This document shows, in pieces, positions 40,764-51,679 of a DNA stretch of 64,000 bases. Location: NCBI GenBank assembly GCA_963804085.1, contig CAWDOQ010000017.1, positions 160,001 through 224,000 on the forward strand, read 5' to 3'. The stretch comes from Chlamydiia bacterium (GTDB lineage Bacteria > Chlamydiota > Chlamydiia > Chlamydiales > Rhabdochlamydiaceae). Below the pieces are notes generated by a model that was given only the letters and a program-made list of their open reading frames with translations, did not search any database and was not told where the DNA came from. Made by a program: the position numbers and the translations under genes. Each line of letters opens with the position of its first letter. The stretch's first letter is position 1.

Positions 40764-41216
40764 TCACGAGGGCGAAAACTGTTTTTGGCGCCAAGCTTCG
40801 TATATCACGATCGAAGCTGCGTTAGCAAGATTTAGACAACGCGCACCTGTTTTCATGGGGATAGTATAGAACTTTTCGGGCCATCTCTCCCAGAAAAAAG
40901 AGGAAAGGCCTGCTGTCTCCGAGCCAAAAATAAGATGATCGTCGCTTTCGTAGGGGATCTCTGTGTAGAGCTTTGTTCCACGGCTAGAAAAGAAGTAGAA
41001 GTTGGAAGAAAGAGATTCGAGGTAGACGTATAGATCGTCTAGAAAAGTTACAGAGACACCCTCCCAGTAATCGAGACCCGCACGCTTGAGCATGCGAGAG
41101 GAGGTGCTAAAGCCCAAAGGTTTGACTAAGATTAGATCGGAGCCGGTGACGGCACAGGTGCGGACGATATTGCCGGTATTCTGGGGAATTTGAGGCTGAA
41201 AAAGTACAACTTTCAC
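40764..41216 (-). CDS. trmL: tRNA (cytidine(34)-2'-O)-methyltransferase
   Basis: PQIPQNTGNI.RTC, RAGLDYW, FGSET.GL, RCLNLAN. Confidence 0.93.
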   Translation of the reverse strand: MKVVLFQPQIPQNTGNIVRTCAVTGSDLILVKPLGFSTSSRMLKRAGLDYWEGVSVTFLDDLYVYLESLSSNFYFFSSRGTKLYTEIPYESDDHLIFGSETAGLSSFFWERWPEKFYTIPMKTGARCLNLANAASIVIYEAWRQKQFSPS

Positions 41217-41230
41217 AGCCCCTCAGCTAA

Positions 41231-41989
41231 TTAACGGATATGCTCAGGTGTCTCAGGAGAAGCGATCTCATGGTGTGCCTCTTTCATCTTAGGAGAGGTG
41301 GTCGTAGAGAGAGACTCTTGCGCAGGCGACTGGTTTTTGATCACTTCCACTTCGAAGGTCAGAAGCGAGTTGGGAGGGAGGTATCCTGCCGTGCCGTAAG
41401 CAAGCGTTGGGTGGATGTAGATCACTCTCTTTTCGCCCTCTTTCATGCCGATCAGTCCCTCTTTTAAGCCGGGGATAGTCTCGTCGATAGAAACTAGCTC
41501 ATCTTCTTTAGAAGAGCCAAAAACAGTTCCATCCAAATACTTGCCGGTGTAGCGGATAAGAGGAGTGAAGTGGGGTTGCACTTCTGAACCGGTTCCTTGC
41601 TTTTCAATCTTGTACTGCAGTTTGCCCTCTTCAAGCGAGACCACGCCTTCTACTTTGGCGTTATCACTTAAGAAGTTTTCCGCTTTTTGCAAGTTGTCAG
41701 CAGCTGCTTTTTCAAACTGTGCTTCTTGAACGGAGGTGAGCGCTTCTACGCACTCCTCTTCAGACATCGGAGATTTTTTGCCGGACACTTCGTCTTTCAG
41801 GCCTTTCACGACCTTGTCTAAATCAAAGCCAACACCGAGAGTGTCGAGATTTTTTGCGAGCATATGGCCAAATGCTTCAGAGATCTTGGCGATATCCGCC
41901 TCTTTCATCTCTTTTGGTTCTTCTTGCTGCGTGCCATCGCCCAGAAGGGGAGAAGCCAGTAGAAGAGATGCAATCAAGTAGTGTTTCAT
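41231..41989 (-). CDS. mip: FKBP-type peptidyl-prolyl isomerase (Mip)
   Basis: Signal peptide, SEAFGH, YTGKYLDGTVF, IPGLKEG, LPPNSLLTFEVE. Confidence 0.92.
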   Translation of the reverse strand: MKHYLIASLLLASPLLGDGTQQEEPKEMKEADIAKISEAFGHMLAKNLDTLGVGFDLDKVVKGLKDEVSGKKSPMSEEECVEALTSVQEAQFEKAAADNLQKAENFLSDNAKVEGVVSLEEGKLQYKIEKQGTGSEVQPHFTPLIRYTGKYLDGTVFGSSKEDELVSIDETIPGLKEGLIGMKEGEKRVIYIHPTLAYGTAGYLPPNSLLTFEVEVIKNQSPAQESLSTTTSPKMKEAHHEIASPETPEHIR

Positions 41990-42034
41990 AAATTACCTCA
42001 CCTTTGTAAATTACAAAATTAAGAGATTCCTCTA

Positions 42035-43822
42035 TTAATACCAAGTAATTTCGGTGGGTTCGGCCCTTACTTTAAGTTCATGCAATTGCTGGGGTGACAC
42101 GGGAGAGGGGCATTGCATCATTAGGTCACTGGCTTTCTGTGTCTTAGGGAAGGCGATCACATCGCGGATATTCTCTGTTTTAGCCAGCAGCATAACGATA
42201 CGGTCCAGCCCAAAAGCAAAGCCAAGATGGGGGGGAGTCCCATATTTCAACGCTTCGACAAAGAAACCAAATTTTTGTTTAATCTCTTCCTGCGTGAGGC
42301 TTAAAGTTTCAAAAATCTTTTCCTGCAGTGCGCTCTGATGGATTCTCTGTGAGCCGCCGCCAATCTCGTAGCCATTTAAGACAAGATCATAAGCAAGAGC
42401 GCGCGCTTTGAGCGGCTCGCTGTCTAGAAGAGCGATGTCGTCGAAATGCGGCGACGTGAAGGGGTGGTGCTCGCTCTCCAGTCTTTGCTTCTCCTCGTCA
42501 TAGCGCAGCAGAGGAAAGTCGGTGACCCAGAGAAACTCAAGAGCATCGGGCGGTATCATGTTGCGCTCTTTTGCAATGTGGCGGCGTAGGTGATCGAGCG
42601 CTTGGTTAACACGCGCTTCCGGCCCTGCCGCGATTAAGATGAGGTCGCCCGTTTCAACCGCATGCACCCGCTCGATCTCTTTTAATAGATCTTCAGAGAA
42701 AAACTTTGCGATGTTTGAGCTGAGACCTTCGGCTTGTTTCTTCATCCAAGCAAGACCATTCATCCCAAAAGCGCTGACATATTGCGTATAGCCATCGATA
42801 TCTTTTCGCGAGATGTCTCCCCCGTTTTTCACGCAGATTGACTTGACCAGACCCCCGTTTTGCAGAATTTCCAAAAAGATAGAAAACGAAGAGCGTTTGA
42901 CAATCTCATCTAAGCGCACAAGAGGCATACCAAAGCGCATATCTGGCCTATCGGTCCCATAGTGCTCCACGCACTCTTTGTAGGGCACATGCCGAAAGGT
43001 GTGAGGCACATCGATATCCACGCAATCTTTAAACAGATTTCGTACAAGACCTTCGAGCAGATGCATCAGATCTTTTGGCGTGCCAAAACTCATCTCGATG
43101 TCGATCTGAGTGAACTCCGGCTGCCTGTCTGCTCGCAAATCCTCGTCGCGGAAGCAGGGCGCGATCTGAAAGTATCTATCCATGCCGGAGACCATCAGGA
43201 GCTGCTTGAAAATCTGAGGAGATTGAGGAAGGGCAAAGAAGTTTCCGGGATAGGTGCGCGAGGGGACAAGATAGTCGCGAGCGCCTTCTGGCGTGGATTT
43301 CGCCAAAATCGGCGTTGAGATCTCCAAAAACCCGTTTTTGTCCATGTAGTTGCGCGTGACCAGCATCGCCTTGTGGCGCAGCGCTAAATTTTCGGCGATC
43401 TGACCCCTGCGGATATCCAAGTAGCGGTATTTGAGACGCAACTCCTCGTGCACCTCGATCTGCTCATCCGAGATAGAAAAGGGAGGCGTCTTAGCAGGAG
43501 ATAGGATCGCAAGCTCACTCACCTGAATCTCGATCTCGCCCGTCGCCATTTTGGGGTTGGTCATCCCTTTAGCACGAGGGATCACCGTCCCTCTTACCGA
43601 GATCACCCACTCAGAGCGCAGCTTAGATGCCTGCTCCAAAAGCTCTTTAGAGATATCCGGATCGAAGAGCAGCTGCGTCAGGCCAAAGCGGTCCCTCAAG
43701 TCGATAAAGATCAACCCGCCATGGTCGCGTCTACGATGGACCCAACCGGACAAGGTGACCTCTTTGCCGACAAATGAGCTATTTAATGCCCCGCACGTGT
43801 GCGTTCTTCTATAATCAAACAT
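42035..43822 (-). CDS. aspS: Aspartate--tRNA ligase
   Basis: RTHTCG, STPEGARDY, FRDEDLRADRQPEF, GTPPH.G...GLDR. Confidence 0.97.
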   Translation of the reverse strand: MFDYRRTHTCGALNSSFVGKEVTLSGWVHRRRDHGGLIFIDLRDRFGLTQLLFDPDISKELLEQASKLRSEWVISVRGTVIPRAKGMTNPKMATGEIEIQVSELAILSPAKTPPFSISDEQIEVHEELRLKYRYLDIRRGQIAENLALRHKAMLVTRNYMDKNGFLEISTPILAKSTPEGARDYLVPSRTYPGNFFALPQSPQIFKQLLMVSGMDRYFQIAPCFRDEDLRADRQPEFTQIDIEMSFGTPKDLMHLLEGLVRNLFKDCVDIDVPHTFRHVPYKECVEHYGTDRPDMRFGMPLVRLDEIVKRSSFSIFLEILQNGGLVKSICVKNGGDISRKDIDGYTQYVSAFGMNGLAWMKKQAEGLSSNIAKFFSEDLLKEIERVHAVETGDLILIAAGPEARVNQALDHLRRHIAKERNMIPPDALEFLWVTDFPLLRYDEEKQRLESEHHPFTSPHFDDIALLDSEPLKARALAYDLVLNGYEIGGGSQRIHQSALQEKIFETLSLTQEEIKQKFGFFVEALKYGTPPHLGFAFGLDRIVMLLAKTENIRDVIAFPKTQKASDLMMQCPSPVSPQQLHELKVRAEPTEITWY

Positions 43823-45113
43823 GAATTCTCTTTAAGTTTTGAAGATGAGATTCTAGATCGCTTAATTTTATCGTTTGGCTATCGCGCTTGAGCATATCTT
43901 TGATTTTTACCTCGCGCGAAGCAAGCTCCTCTTCACCAATCACAACAGTGTACTCCGCACGAAGAGCATTAGCAAGCTGCAGCCCATGCTGCACCTTTTT
44001 GCCCGAGAGATCCACCTCGACAGGAATCTGACTGTGGCGCAGTTTGGCAGCGAGCAAAAAGCAGTACTCTTTAGCCGCATCGCCAAGAGGAACCAAAAAG
44101 ACAAGAGGGTGACTAGATTCAGGAAAGCCCACATTTTGCTTCAGCATCGTCTGCAAAATACGCTCGATCCCCGTCGCAAAACCAACGGCCGGCAAGTTTG
44201 GCCCGCCCAGATCCGCAAGAAGCCCATCGAATCTACCGCCCGCACCAATCGTGTTGTGCGCGCCAAGATCTCCCGATATAATCTCAAAGACCGTCTTGTT
44301 GTAGTAGTCCAGCCCGCGCACAAGCTTTGGCGTGATCACATACTTGTGTCCCAGCTTTTTCAAAAGCTCCTGCGCACGCTCAAAGTGGACACGGCACTCC
44401 TCGTTCAAACAGTCCAAGATCGAAGGAGCGCCTTCCAAAAGCTTCTGATCATTCGCATCTTTTGAATCTAAAATCCGCAGCACATTCTTCGAAAAGCGCG
44501 CCTGACTCTCAGGAGATAACTCATTCAGATGAGGACGCAAGTGCTCCATCAAGCGAGCGCGATAAGGCTCCCTGCAAGAAGCATCGCCCACGCTATTGAT
44601 CATCACAACCAAATTTTGAAGCCCCAGACGCTTGTAGAGCTCGCACATCATGTCGATCATCTCCACATCCTGCTCAGGAGTAGAAGCTCCAATTGCCTCT
44701 GCCCCAAACTGGTAGTGCTGACGATACCGCCCCGCCTGCTGCCGCTCATAGCGGAACATCGGACCAATGTAAAATAACTTCTGCGCCCCGGGCACAAGGT
44801 GCAGCTTCTCTTCGACAAAAGAGCGCATAGCAGGAGCCGTCCCTTCAGGCCGCAGCGTCATAGACCTGTCCGCCTTGTCCAAGAACGTGTACATCTCCTT
44901 CGTGACAATGTCCGAACTCTCGCCCACGCTCCGCACAAACAGCTCCGTACGTTCGAACATCGGCGTGCGTATCTCCTTGAAGCCGTAATCGTGAGCCGTC
45001 TTGCGCATCACCGCCTCGACATACTCCCAGCGATACGAAACCCGCCAAGCCTCCTCCGGACTCTTCTCCTCCGGCAAAATGTCATACACCCCTTTCGGGA
45101 TCGAATACTGCAT
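43815..45113 (-). CDS. hisS: Histidine--tRNA ligase
   Basis: LRPEGTA, FRYERQQAGRYRQ, LVRGLDYY, GGRFD, GIER. Confidence 0.97.
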   Translation of the reverse strand: MQYSIPKGVYDILPEEKSPEEAWRVSYRWEYVEAVMRKTAHDYGFKEIRTPMFERTELFVRSVGESSDIVTKEMYTFLDKADRSMTLRPEGTAPAMRSFVEEKLHLVPGAQKLFYIGPMFRYERQQAGRYRQHYQFGAEAIGASTPEQDVEMIDMMCELYKRLGLQNLVVMINSVGDASCREPYRARLMEHLRPHLNELSPESQARFSKNVLRILDSKDANDQKLLEGAPSILDCLNEECRVHFERAQELLKKLGHKYVITPKLVRGLDYYNKTVFEIISGDLGAHNTIGAGGRFDGLLADLGGPNLPAVGFATGIERILQTMLKQNVGFPESSHPLVFLVPLGDAAKEYCFLLAAKLRHSQIPVEVDLSGKKVQHGLQLANALRAEYTVVIGEEELASREVKIKDMLKRDSQTIKLSDLESHLQNLKRIHV

Positions 45114-45145
45114 CTAATCCTCAGTTCAAAAATAGTGGATTCATC

Positions 45146-46492
45146 CTAGAGCATACCCGCTTTTTCGTCCATGCGGTTAGCACGCGTGAGCCCCATGGGG
45201 AATCGGCTCACAAAATAAAGTGGATAATTACAAACGTTGCCATCTTTTTTTAGATTCATCAAAGACGAGCGAGAGAGCAGGGGAGGGTGATATTTTTCTT
45301 GGTACACTAAAAGACTCTTTTTTTTCGTCGAAGTGCCCGATTTTACTTCCAAAGGAAAAAGTTGTTCCTTCCCACTCAACAAGAAAATCGACTTCGGCCT
45401 CTCTTTCGCTAGCCCAATAATAAAGAGGCCTTCTCAAAGCCGCTTTCAATGCCTGTGCAACATAATTTTCTGTGAATGAGCCTTTGAATTCCACAAATAA
45501 TTGATCGCCATCGACAATCACACGAGCGGGTAACCGACACATGGCTGCAAGCAAACCAACGTCTAAAAGGTAAATTTTAAATACCTCATGATCTGCCATA
45601 ACTCTTTAAAGGCAATTTAGGTGTAGTGACTTGATGAACCTTATAAATTAATTCCGCATCCAAAAGCCATTGCAAAGATTCTTCATAATCCCGGGCTCGA
45701 GCGCTTTTTTTAATGGCTGAAAAAACAAATTTCTTATTTTCCTTTCCTAAATGAATAGGAATGGAATCCCATATCTGCGTAATTTTCATAACTAGGGAAG
45801 GAGGAGCATGTTTTGCGAAATCATGTAATATAGGCCTTGAGAAGATCTTCTTGTGTTTCTCGGACCACATCGAGATCTGCTGTCTGTATATAACGCAGCA
45901 CAGGTTTAGGCATTCCTCCAACATAGAAATACAGCTTAAGCAATTCCAATAATTGCTGGTGATGAGGCGCAGAAAGTGGCTCAAACGTTTCAATTTCTTC
46001 CATCATCGTTCTTAACATGGGCCTGCCTATCGCATCGAGAAATTCAAAAAAGCTCATTGGAAAAAGATGGCAAAAATGCACTTTCCCAACTGGGAAACCT
46101 CGAGCACCGGATAATTTGACTCCTAGTAATGATCCAGCCGCAGCCACGAAATACTCAGGAGCGTGCTCACAAAAATATTTCAAACTTGTTAAAGCATTGG
46201 GGCATTCCTGAATTTCATCGAAAATAATCAAGGTTGTTTCCGGATCTATTTTCATTTCCAAATGGATACTGAGATCTCGCAAAATACGATGCGGCTTGAG
46301 GTCCGCTTCGAAAAAAGCTTTGCAGGCCGGCATTTCTTCAAAATTTACATAGCAGCAATTTTTGTATTCCTGAGAGCCAAACTCTTTTAAAAGGTATGTC
46401 TTTCCTACCTGTCGGGCGCCCTGAACTAAAAGGGGCTGACGGGCAGGATCTTTTTTCCATAAAAGTAGCTGTTTATACAGGTCTCTCTTCAT
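45146..46492 (-). pseudogene. AAA_14 ATPase + DUF4143 protein, three frameshifts
   Basis: GARQVGKT, DEIQ, GGMP, DVGLL, ENYV, EVDF, EVKSG spread over successive frames; shifts near 45830, 45596, 45369. Confidence 0.85.
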
Positions 46493-46763
46493 GATTTTTA
46501 TTGTATCATGTTCACATTTTTCCCTGTATAAAATGTGTTTATTTTCACATATTTTACAGGGAATAATGTGAAAAACGACTGCATTTTAAGCAAAAGCCTC
46601 TCTATTTCAAGGAGTTATAAAAATCATCGATTTTGATTGTTTTTAAAGCACTTAGAACTTTCATTCCGAGTGCTAAAGCTTCAAAAGCGACGGTAAGTGC
46701 CTCAACAAGAGATTGACCGGAGGCTAACAGGGTTGCCATTGACATTCATTTTTCGTCCATGCG
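45161..46763. repeat. 15-bp direct repeat TTTTTCGTCCATGCG bracketing the AAA ATPase gene
   Basis: Identical copies at 45161-45175 and 46749-46763. Confidence 0.8.
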
Positions 46764-47888
46764 ACCGTCATATGCCATAATCAAATCGCCTAACTTTCTC
46801 GGCAAAAAGAGATTCAACACCCCTACTCCTAGAAAGTCTAGATGCTTGCTAGGGAAAGGATCTCTTAGAATAATAGCATGCTTTCCCGAGTCTTTCACCT
46901 GATTCGCCTCAATTTTTAAGCCCAGCCCCCGCAGTTCATCCGCAATCCATGTGATCTCCCTAGCATCCCCCCTCGACCAGATCATCCACTCGACCTTCGC
47001 CATGTCAAATTTTGATTTCCACGCGGTGTTCGGAAAAATTCTTTTTAATACGCCAACCATGGGATCCAAAATGTCACTCTCTACCTTAGTTGCTAAAAAG
47101 TTGTATAGTTCTTGCAAACACTTGTTTTTTATCGGCTGATTTATCAACTGAGCCGCTAATTTGTGAATCTCTTCCGCCTCTTTAAAACCCTTATCGAAAG
47201 CATCTTTCACACGAGGAGAATAAGAGCGCTCCTCAGAAATGAAATGAGTCCCAAATGCTTTCGTGTACTTTAAAAGAGGTTTTGCCTTTGTTTGATACTC
47301 TGCGATTGGGCAAGCAACGCTCAAAAAAACATCTAGAATCACTCCTCCACTTTTTTGCAAACCGTCAAAGAGCCGCGTGACTGTCCTTACAACACGACAA
47401 AGCTCTTGGAATTTTTTATGCTCCACTCCAAGCAGGACAAAATTGTGCTCGGGAGCAGTATGAGCAGCAAGCTCTTCTAAGCTCTTGGCAGCTGTCAAAG
47501 AGACAACGATTGGATTGAATTGCAGCAGCCGAGTAGCTGCAAGTATTGAAACACATACACACTCACCCCTACCAAATTGCACCTGAGCGAGAATAGGCGA
47601 CTCCTGGAGCTCCATCTTCCCTATTGCCTGTAGCGACCTTGCAGCTACATTAATCGCGGCCTGCTCCAGCACCCTTCGAATGTCATATTGCAAATAACTC
47701 AGAAAGTGAACCCCGAATTTCTTATAATTCGTCTCCAGTCCCTCAGGCACCTTCAAAGGACCCATCTTAGTCACATCCAGCATATCAGAAGACGAAACCA
47801 CCTGCTTCTTGCTCTGCTCCAACACCACCTGCGCTTGCTCCAAACACCCAGAAGAAACAGAACGAACAGCCATAAGATCCCCCATCAT
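46746..47888 (-). CDS. Hypothetical protein
   Basis: 380-aa ORF with no recognised family. Confidence 0.65.
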   Translation of the reverse strand: MMGDLMAVRSVSSGCLEQAQVVLEQSKKQVVSSSDMLDVTKMGPLKVPEGLETNYKKFGVHFLSYLQYDIRRVLEQAAINVAARSLQAIGKMELQESPILAQVQFGRGECVCVSILAATRLLQFNPIVVSLTAAKSLEELAAHTAPEHNFVLLGVEHKKFQELCRVVRTVTRLFDGLQKSGGVILDVFLSVACPIAEYQTKAKPLLKYTKAFGTHFISEERSYSPRVKDAFDKGFKEAEEIHKLAAQLINQPIKNKCLQELYNFLATKVESDILDPMVGVLKRIFPNTAWKSKFDMAKVEWMIWSRGDAREITWIADELRGLGLKIEANQVKDSGKHAIILRDPFPSKHLDFLGVGVLNLFLPRKLGDLIMAYDGRMDEK

Positions 47889-48111
47889 TTAAAAGTGCAA
47901 GATTGTACTCTCCTCAGCCATTTTGCACATCCATTAAGCACCCCGCGCGAATAAGTCCTGGCAAAAGAAATCGTCCTTGGTACAAAACTTCCGCTTCTTT
48001 AAAACCCCTATCAAAAAAACATCTAGAATCACCCCTGCGCCAGATAGTTTGCTTGGAGGCAAAAACAAAGGGTTCTCGTCAAAAATCCTGAATTTCTATA
48101 TCTGATAATTT

Positions 48112-48270
48112 ATGATGATCAGCGCTTTTGCACTCTATCTGTTCGCCATGGTTTTCATTCTCGCAGGAAAGAGAAGCTTGGCCTTCATATTCACAGCGCT
48201 TGGACTTTTGCTCGCCGCATTCATTGTCTGGTACCATGCAACCAGCTCCTTGGGAATTAATCTTTCATGA
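48112..48270 (+). CDS. Small membrane protein (DUF5993-like) coupled to the DsbB-family gene
   Basis: Manual translation MMISAFALYLF...WYHATSSLGINLS (52 aa); ATGA overlap with the next gene. Confidence 0.7.
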   Translation: MMISAFALYLFAMVFILAGKRSLAFIFTALGLLLAAFIVWYHATSSLGINLS

Positions 48271-48788
48271 CACAGCATTTAAGCCGCATCATCTCCGCCC
48301 TGCTCGTGATCGTCTTGAGCGGAATCATTACAGCTGGATTCGGTTATCAATATGCTTTAAATGAACAGCCTTGCCCTCTCTGCTTCCTCCAAAGACTTGC
48401 TATGATCGGAATTGCCACAGGACAACTGCTCAACTTCCGTTTCGGTATCAAGATGTCACACCATGCCATTTCCCTCTTCCACTGCATTTTTGGCGCTGCC
48501 GTTTCGCTGAGACAAATCGGGCTCCACATCTGTCCCACCTTTGGAAAATTTGGCACTCCCATCTTAGGCTTTTCACTCTACACCTGGGCCTTTATCGCCT
48601 TTGCCTGTGCGTTGATAACGATCGGAGTCTTGATGTTCCTTTACAATCCCAAATGGAAACCAGAACATTCCAAAACAATCACCTATCTAGAACGCTTTGC
48701 CTTTTATTACATCCTCCTAATTGTCATCGCCGATATCATTGCCGTTGCCACCATCTGCGGCATCGGGCCCTGCCCTGAGAATCCCTGA
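48267..48788 (+). CDS. dsbB: Disulfide bond formation protein B family
   Basis: EQPCPLCFLQR, RQIGLHICP, G.SLYTWA. Confidence 0.85.
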   Translation: MTQHLSRIISALLVIVLSGIITAGFGYQYALNEQPCPLCFLQRLAMIGIATGQLLNFRFGIKMSHHAISLFHCIFGAAVSLRQIGLHICPTFGKFGTPILGFSLYTWAFIAFACALITIGVLMFLYNPKWKPEHSKTITYLERFAFYYILLIVIADIIAVATICGIGPCPENP

Positions 48789-49016
48789 TCATACCTCCCT
48801 CGTTTCCAATAGAATTAAATTTTTTATTAAAAAATAAACTTTATATTTTAATATTATTTGCTTTTAAGTTTAGGTGATTTAGAGACTGTTGTTTAACATG
48901 TTGCTCGAGCGCAATCTCGCCCCTTGCCATTCAAGAGAAATCCCCCCTTGGTGCAAAACTCACAATAAGCTAAAAAACAGACTCAGCAGGCTGTCTGCAA
49001 ACATTCACCGGTGCGC

Positions 49017-50324
49017 ATGCTTAAAGTGATTTCGCGATTTTTTGACACTTTAGCTTTGACCAAGACAGAGCGTAATGTCATTTTTGTAGTCACCCTTGGA
49101 AGCATCTTAGAGTGGCACGAGATATTTCTATTCGTTTACTGGGAACCCATTGTTGCCCATCCCACCTATACGTTGGCCCTACCCTCAGTTGCTCTGATCA
49201 ATACGGTGCTAATCATCCTGACAGCTTGGGTAGCAAGACCATTCGGAGGAGTCCTTTTTGGATACATCGGCGATAGATGGGGCAGGAAAACTGCTTTTAT
49301 ACTATCCATCCTGCTCGTCTCTTTGCCCAGCCTCCTAATGTGGGTAGCCTCCTCATTTTTGGCATGGGGAGTTTTTACCATCGTTTTCTTCGGGCTGATG
49401 AGATTTTTTCAAGGCATCCCCGCAGGTAGCGAGGCACCCGGCGCCATTTGCTACTTTGCAGAAAGCTCCGCCGAAACAAGAAGAACATACATTTGCAGCT
49501 ACGTGTTTTTTGGCTCCCAGCTAGGTCAGCTGATAAGCATGATCGAATGCCTCCTCATGAAAAAGTATCTTCCCCCAGCAGATCTTTTAACCTGGGGATG
49601 GAAATTATCCTTTCTCGTAGGAGGAGCACTAGGCCTCTTCGGCTTCGTTCTTCGGCGTAAAATGCGCGAAAGCCACTCGTTTGCTAGCATCAAGGAGAAG
49701 AATAAAACAGTCGCAAACCCCATCCAATTTGCCTTCCAACACCATTGGCAAAGAATGCTCCTTTGCGTAGGCCTCTCACTTTACGAAGTGACAGGCTTTT
49801 TCCTCGTAGCCGTATTCCCCATGGAGCAGTTCTCAAAAATATTCAACCTCAGCGCTAACCAGAACATACTGATCGTCGTATGCTCCCTCGTTCTAGGAAC
49901 CATCCTCCTGCCCATCTTTGGAACAATCAAAAAAAACCGCCCACGAATACTCCGAAACAGCGTCATCGCAGCAGCGCTCACAGCGCTCCTCCTCTACGCA
50001 TCCATCCATCAGCAATCCCTCGCTTGGACAATAACATTCCAAGCACTCCTGATATTTTTTCTCTCCATCGCCTTCGCCTTTTTCCCCGCCCTCATAGCAG
50101 AGCTCTTCCCCACAACAGTCCGCTACACATGCTTAGGATTCAGCTTCAACATCTGCGACAGCCTAATCGTCGGCGCCTCTCCCATACTCATCCACAGCCT
50201 AATCAAAACCACAGGCCAACCCGCCAGCTTCATCCTCATTCTTCCCCTCACAGCCCTCATCTTCCTCGCCTGCCTCCACCTCAAAAACAGAAAAGGCTAC
50301 CTCTTCGCCCCCAGCAGCCTCTAA
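49017..50324 (+). CDS. MFS transporter (ProP-like)
   Basis: GSILEWHE, ARPFGG.LFGYIGDRWGRK, RFFQG...G.E, ELFPTTVRY. Confidence 0.88.
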   Translation: MLKVISRFFDTLALTKTERNVIFVVTLGSILEWHEIFLFVYWEPIVAHPTYTLALPSVALINTVLIILTAWVARPFGGVLFGYIGDRWGRKTAFILSILLVSLPSLLMWVASSFLAWGVFTIVFFGLMRFFQGIPAGSEAPGAICYFAESSAETRRTYICSYVFFGSQLGQLISMIECLLMKKYLPPADLLTWGWKLSFLVGGALGLFGFVLRRKMRESHSFASIKEKNKTVANPIQFAFQHHWQRMLLCVGLSLYEVTGFFLVAVFPMEQFSKIFNLSANQNILIVVCSLVLGTILLPIFGTIKKNRPRILRNSVIAAALTALLLYASIHQQSLAWTITFQALLIFFLSIAFAFFPALIAELFPTTVRYTCLGFSFNICDSLIVGASPILIHSLIKTTGQPASFILILPLTALIFLACLHLKNRKGYLFAPSSL

Positions 50325-50530
50325 TTGTCTATGCAGCCCCTAGCAGCGTAAAAGCTCATTCGAATGGTGTAGCGTTTGTTCCTACGCGTGCCACAGCAAA
50401 GCTATTAAAAAGGCAGTGAGGCAGCTATCAAAAATACAGTTGAGGAATTTCAAGAGGAAAGATATATCTTGAGAGAGGCAGCGTTAAATAAAACAAATAC
50501 CAATATAAATTTGTAGAATTTGGGAATAAA

Positions 50531-51667
50531 ATGATTGTAAATGCCCTCATTTTTTTAAGCGAAGTTACAAAGTTAGGGTTGCTCTACTTAGCTAATGACT
50601 ATGGACTAAATTCCACAATTACATTGATATTTTGTTGGCTAATTTGGGAGTTTGCATTTGCAATAATACTTGGAAAGTTTTCCGATGTTAAAGGCAGAAA
50701 ATTAATGCTTGTGATTACTGTTTGTGCTTCTGTTCTTGTTAGTCTGCTCGGGAGGACGAAAAATTTATTCATTTATTCTCTTTTTGTAGATGGAATACTT
50801 GCATCTGCGACTTTGCCTATAGCGTTTGCTGCTAAAAACGACGAAAATCCAACTAGGAGTAAACGGTTAACTTATGCAGAAGCATTTCAATATAGATCGC
50901 TTCCTTGGATCATAGTTCCTTTAGCTTGTTTAGTCTTAAAGTTTCCTGAAAATTTTTGGAAGGATGTTGCTTTATATGCATCTTTAATTAGTTTTGTGCT
51001 GGTTATTTTTCTAAAAGACAAAAAGGATAAGGATCTAGAATATATAACAAAGAAAACGAACTTAATTAAGCCAGCGAGGGTTTTTAAAACAGTTATATTT
51101 GCAAGCATACTGGCTTTTTTTATTGCGGAATGTTCTTATCAATCTGTTTCTTATCTGGTAGAGGCCAGTGAAAACATTGTATTTTTAACTAAATCATATA
51201 TTCTTTTCGGTCTTGGATTGTTTTTAACCGCAAGCTTACATAGGTTTATACCAAATTTAAGAAATATAAGCCTTTCTGAACTGTGCAGCATAATATTTTT
51301 TTCAACGTTTTTTTATTTTTTGATAAAATTTCTTTCTTTCTCATGGGAGGATTCCAGAACGGTTTTAAATTACACGGAAAAAGCGGTGTTGGGAGCTTCT
51401 AGCGGAGTGTACATCCCATTGGTGTACTCTATAGTGTGTGATAAGTTTAAAACACACCAACAAGGAATTTTATGTGGGATATTGGAAGCTACCACGACGG
51501 CGGCTGAAATCATAGCTCCTGGGCTTGCTTTTGTTCTCATTAAATTAAATTTTCCATCGAATGTTATTTTTTTAATAATAGGCCTTGGGTTTTTTCTGGC
51601 ATTCTGTATAATAAGAGGACGCAAAAATAAATTTATGAACTTTTTAAGAAGGCGTTTCTTTTCTTAA
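50531..51667 (+). CDS. MFS transporter (low GC)
   Basis: LGKFSDVKGRK motif A; multi-TM. Confidence 0.75.
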   Translation: MIVNALIFLSEVTKLGLLYLANDYGLNSTITLIFCWLIWEFAFAIILGKFSDVKGRKLMLVITVCASVLVSLLGRTKNLFIYSLFVDGILASATLPIAFAAKNDENPTRSKRLTYAEAFQYRSLPWIIVPLACLVLKFPENFWKDVALYASLISFVLVIFLKDKKDKDLEYITKKTNLIKPARVFKTVIFASILAFFIAECSYQSVSYLVEASENIVFLTKSYILFGLGLFLTASLHRFIPNLRNISLSELCSIIFFSTFFYFLIKFLSFSWEDSRTVLNYTEKAVLGASSGVYIPLVYSIVCDKFKTHQQGILCGILEATTTAAEIIAPGLAFVLIKLNFPSNVIFLIIGLGFFLAFCIIRGRKNKFMNFLRRRFFS

Positions 51668-51679
51668 TGGAAGACCAGT

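Noticed and set aside
49880..50419. 179-aa Pro/His/Gln-rich ORF
   Set aside because: Alternative frame of the C-rich 3' end of the MFS gene
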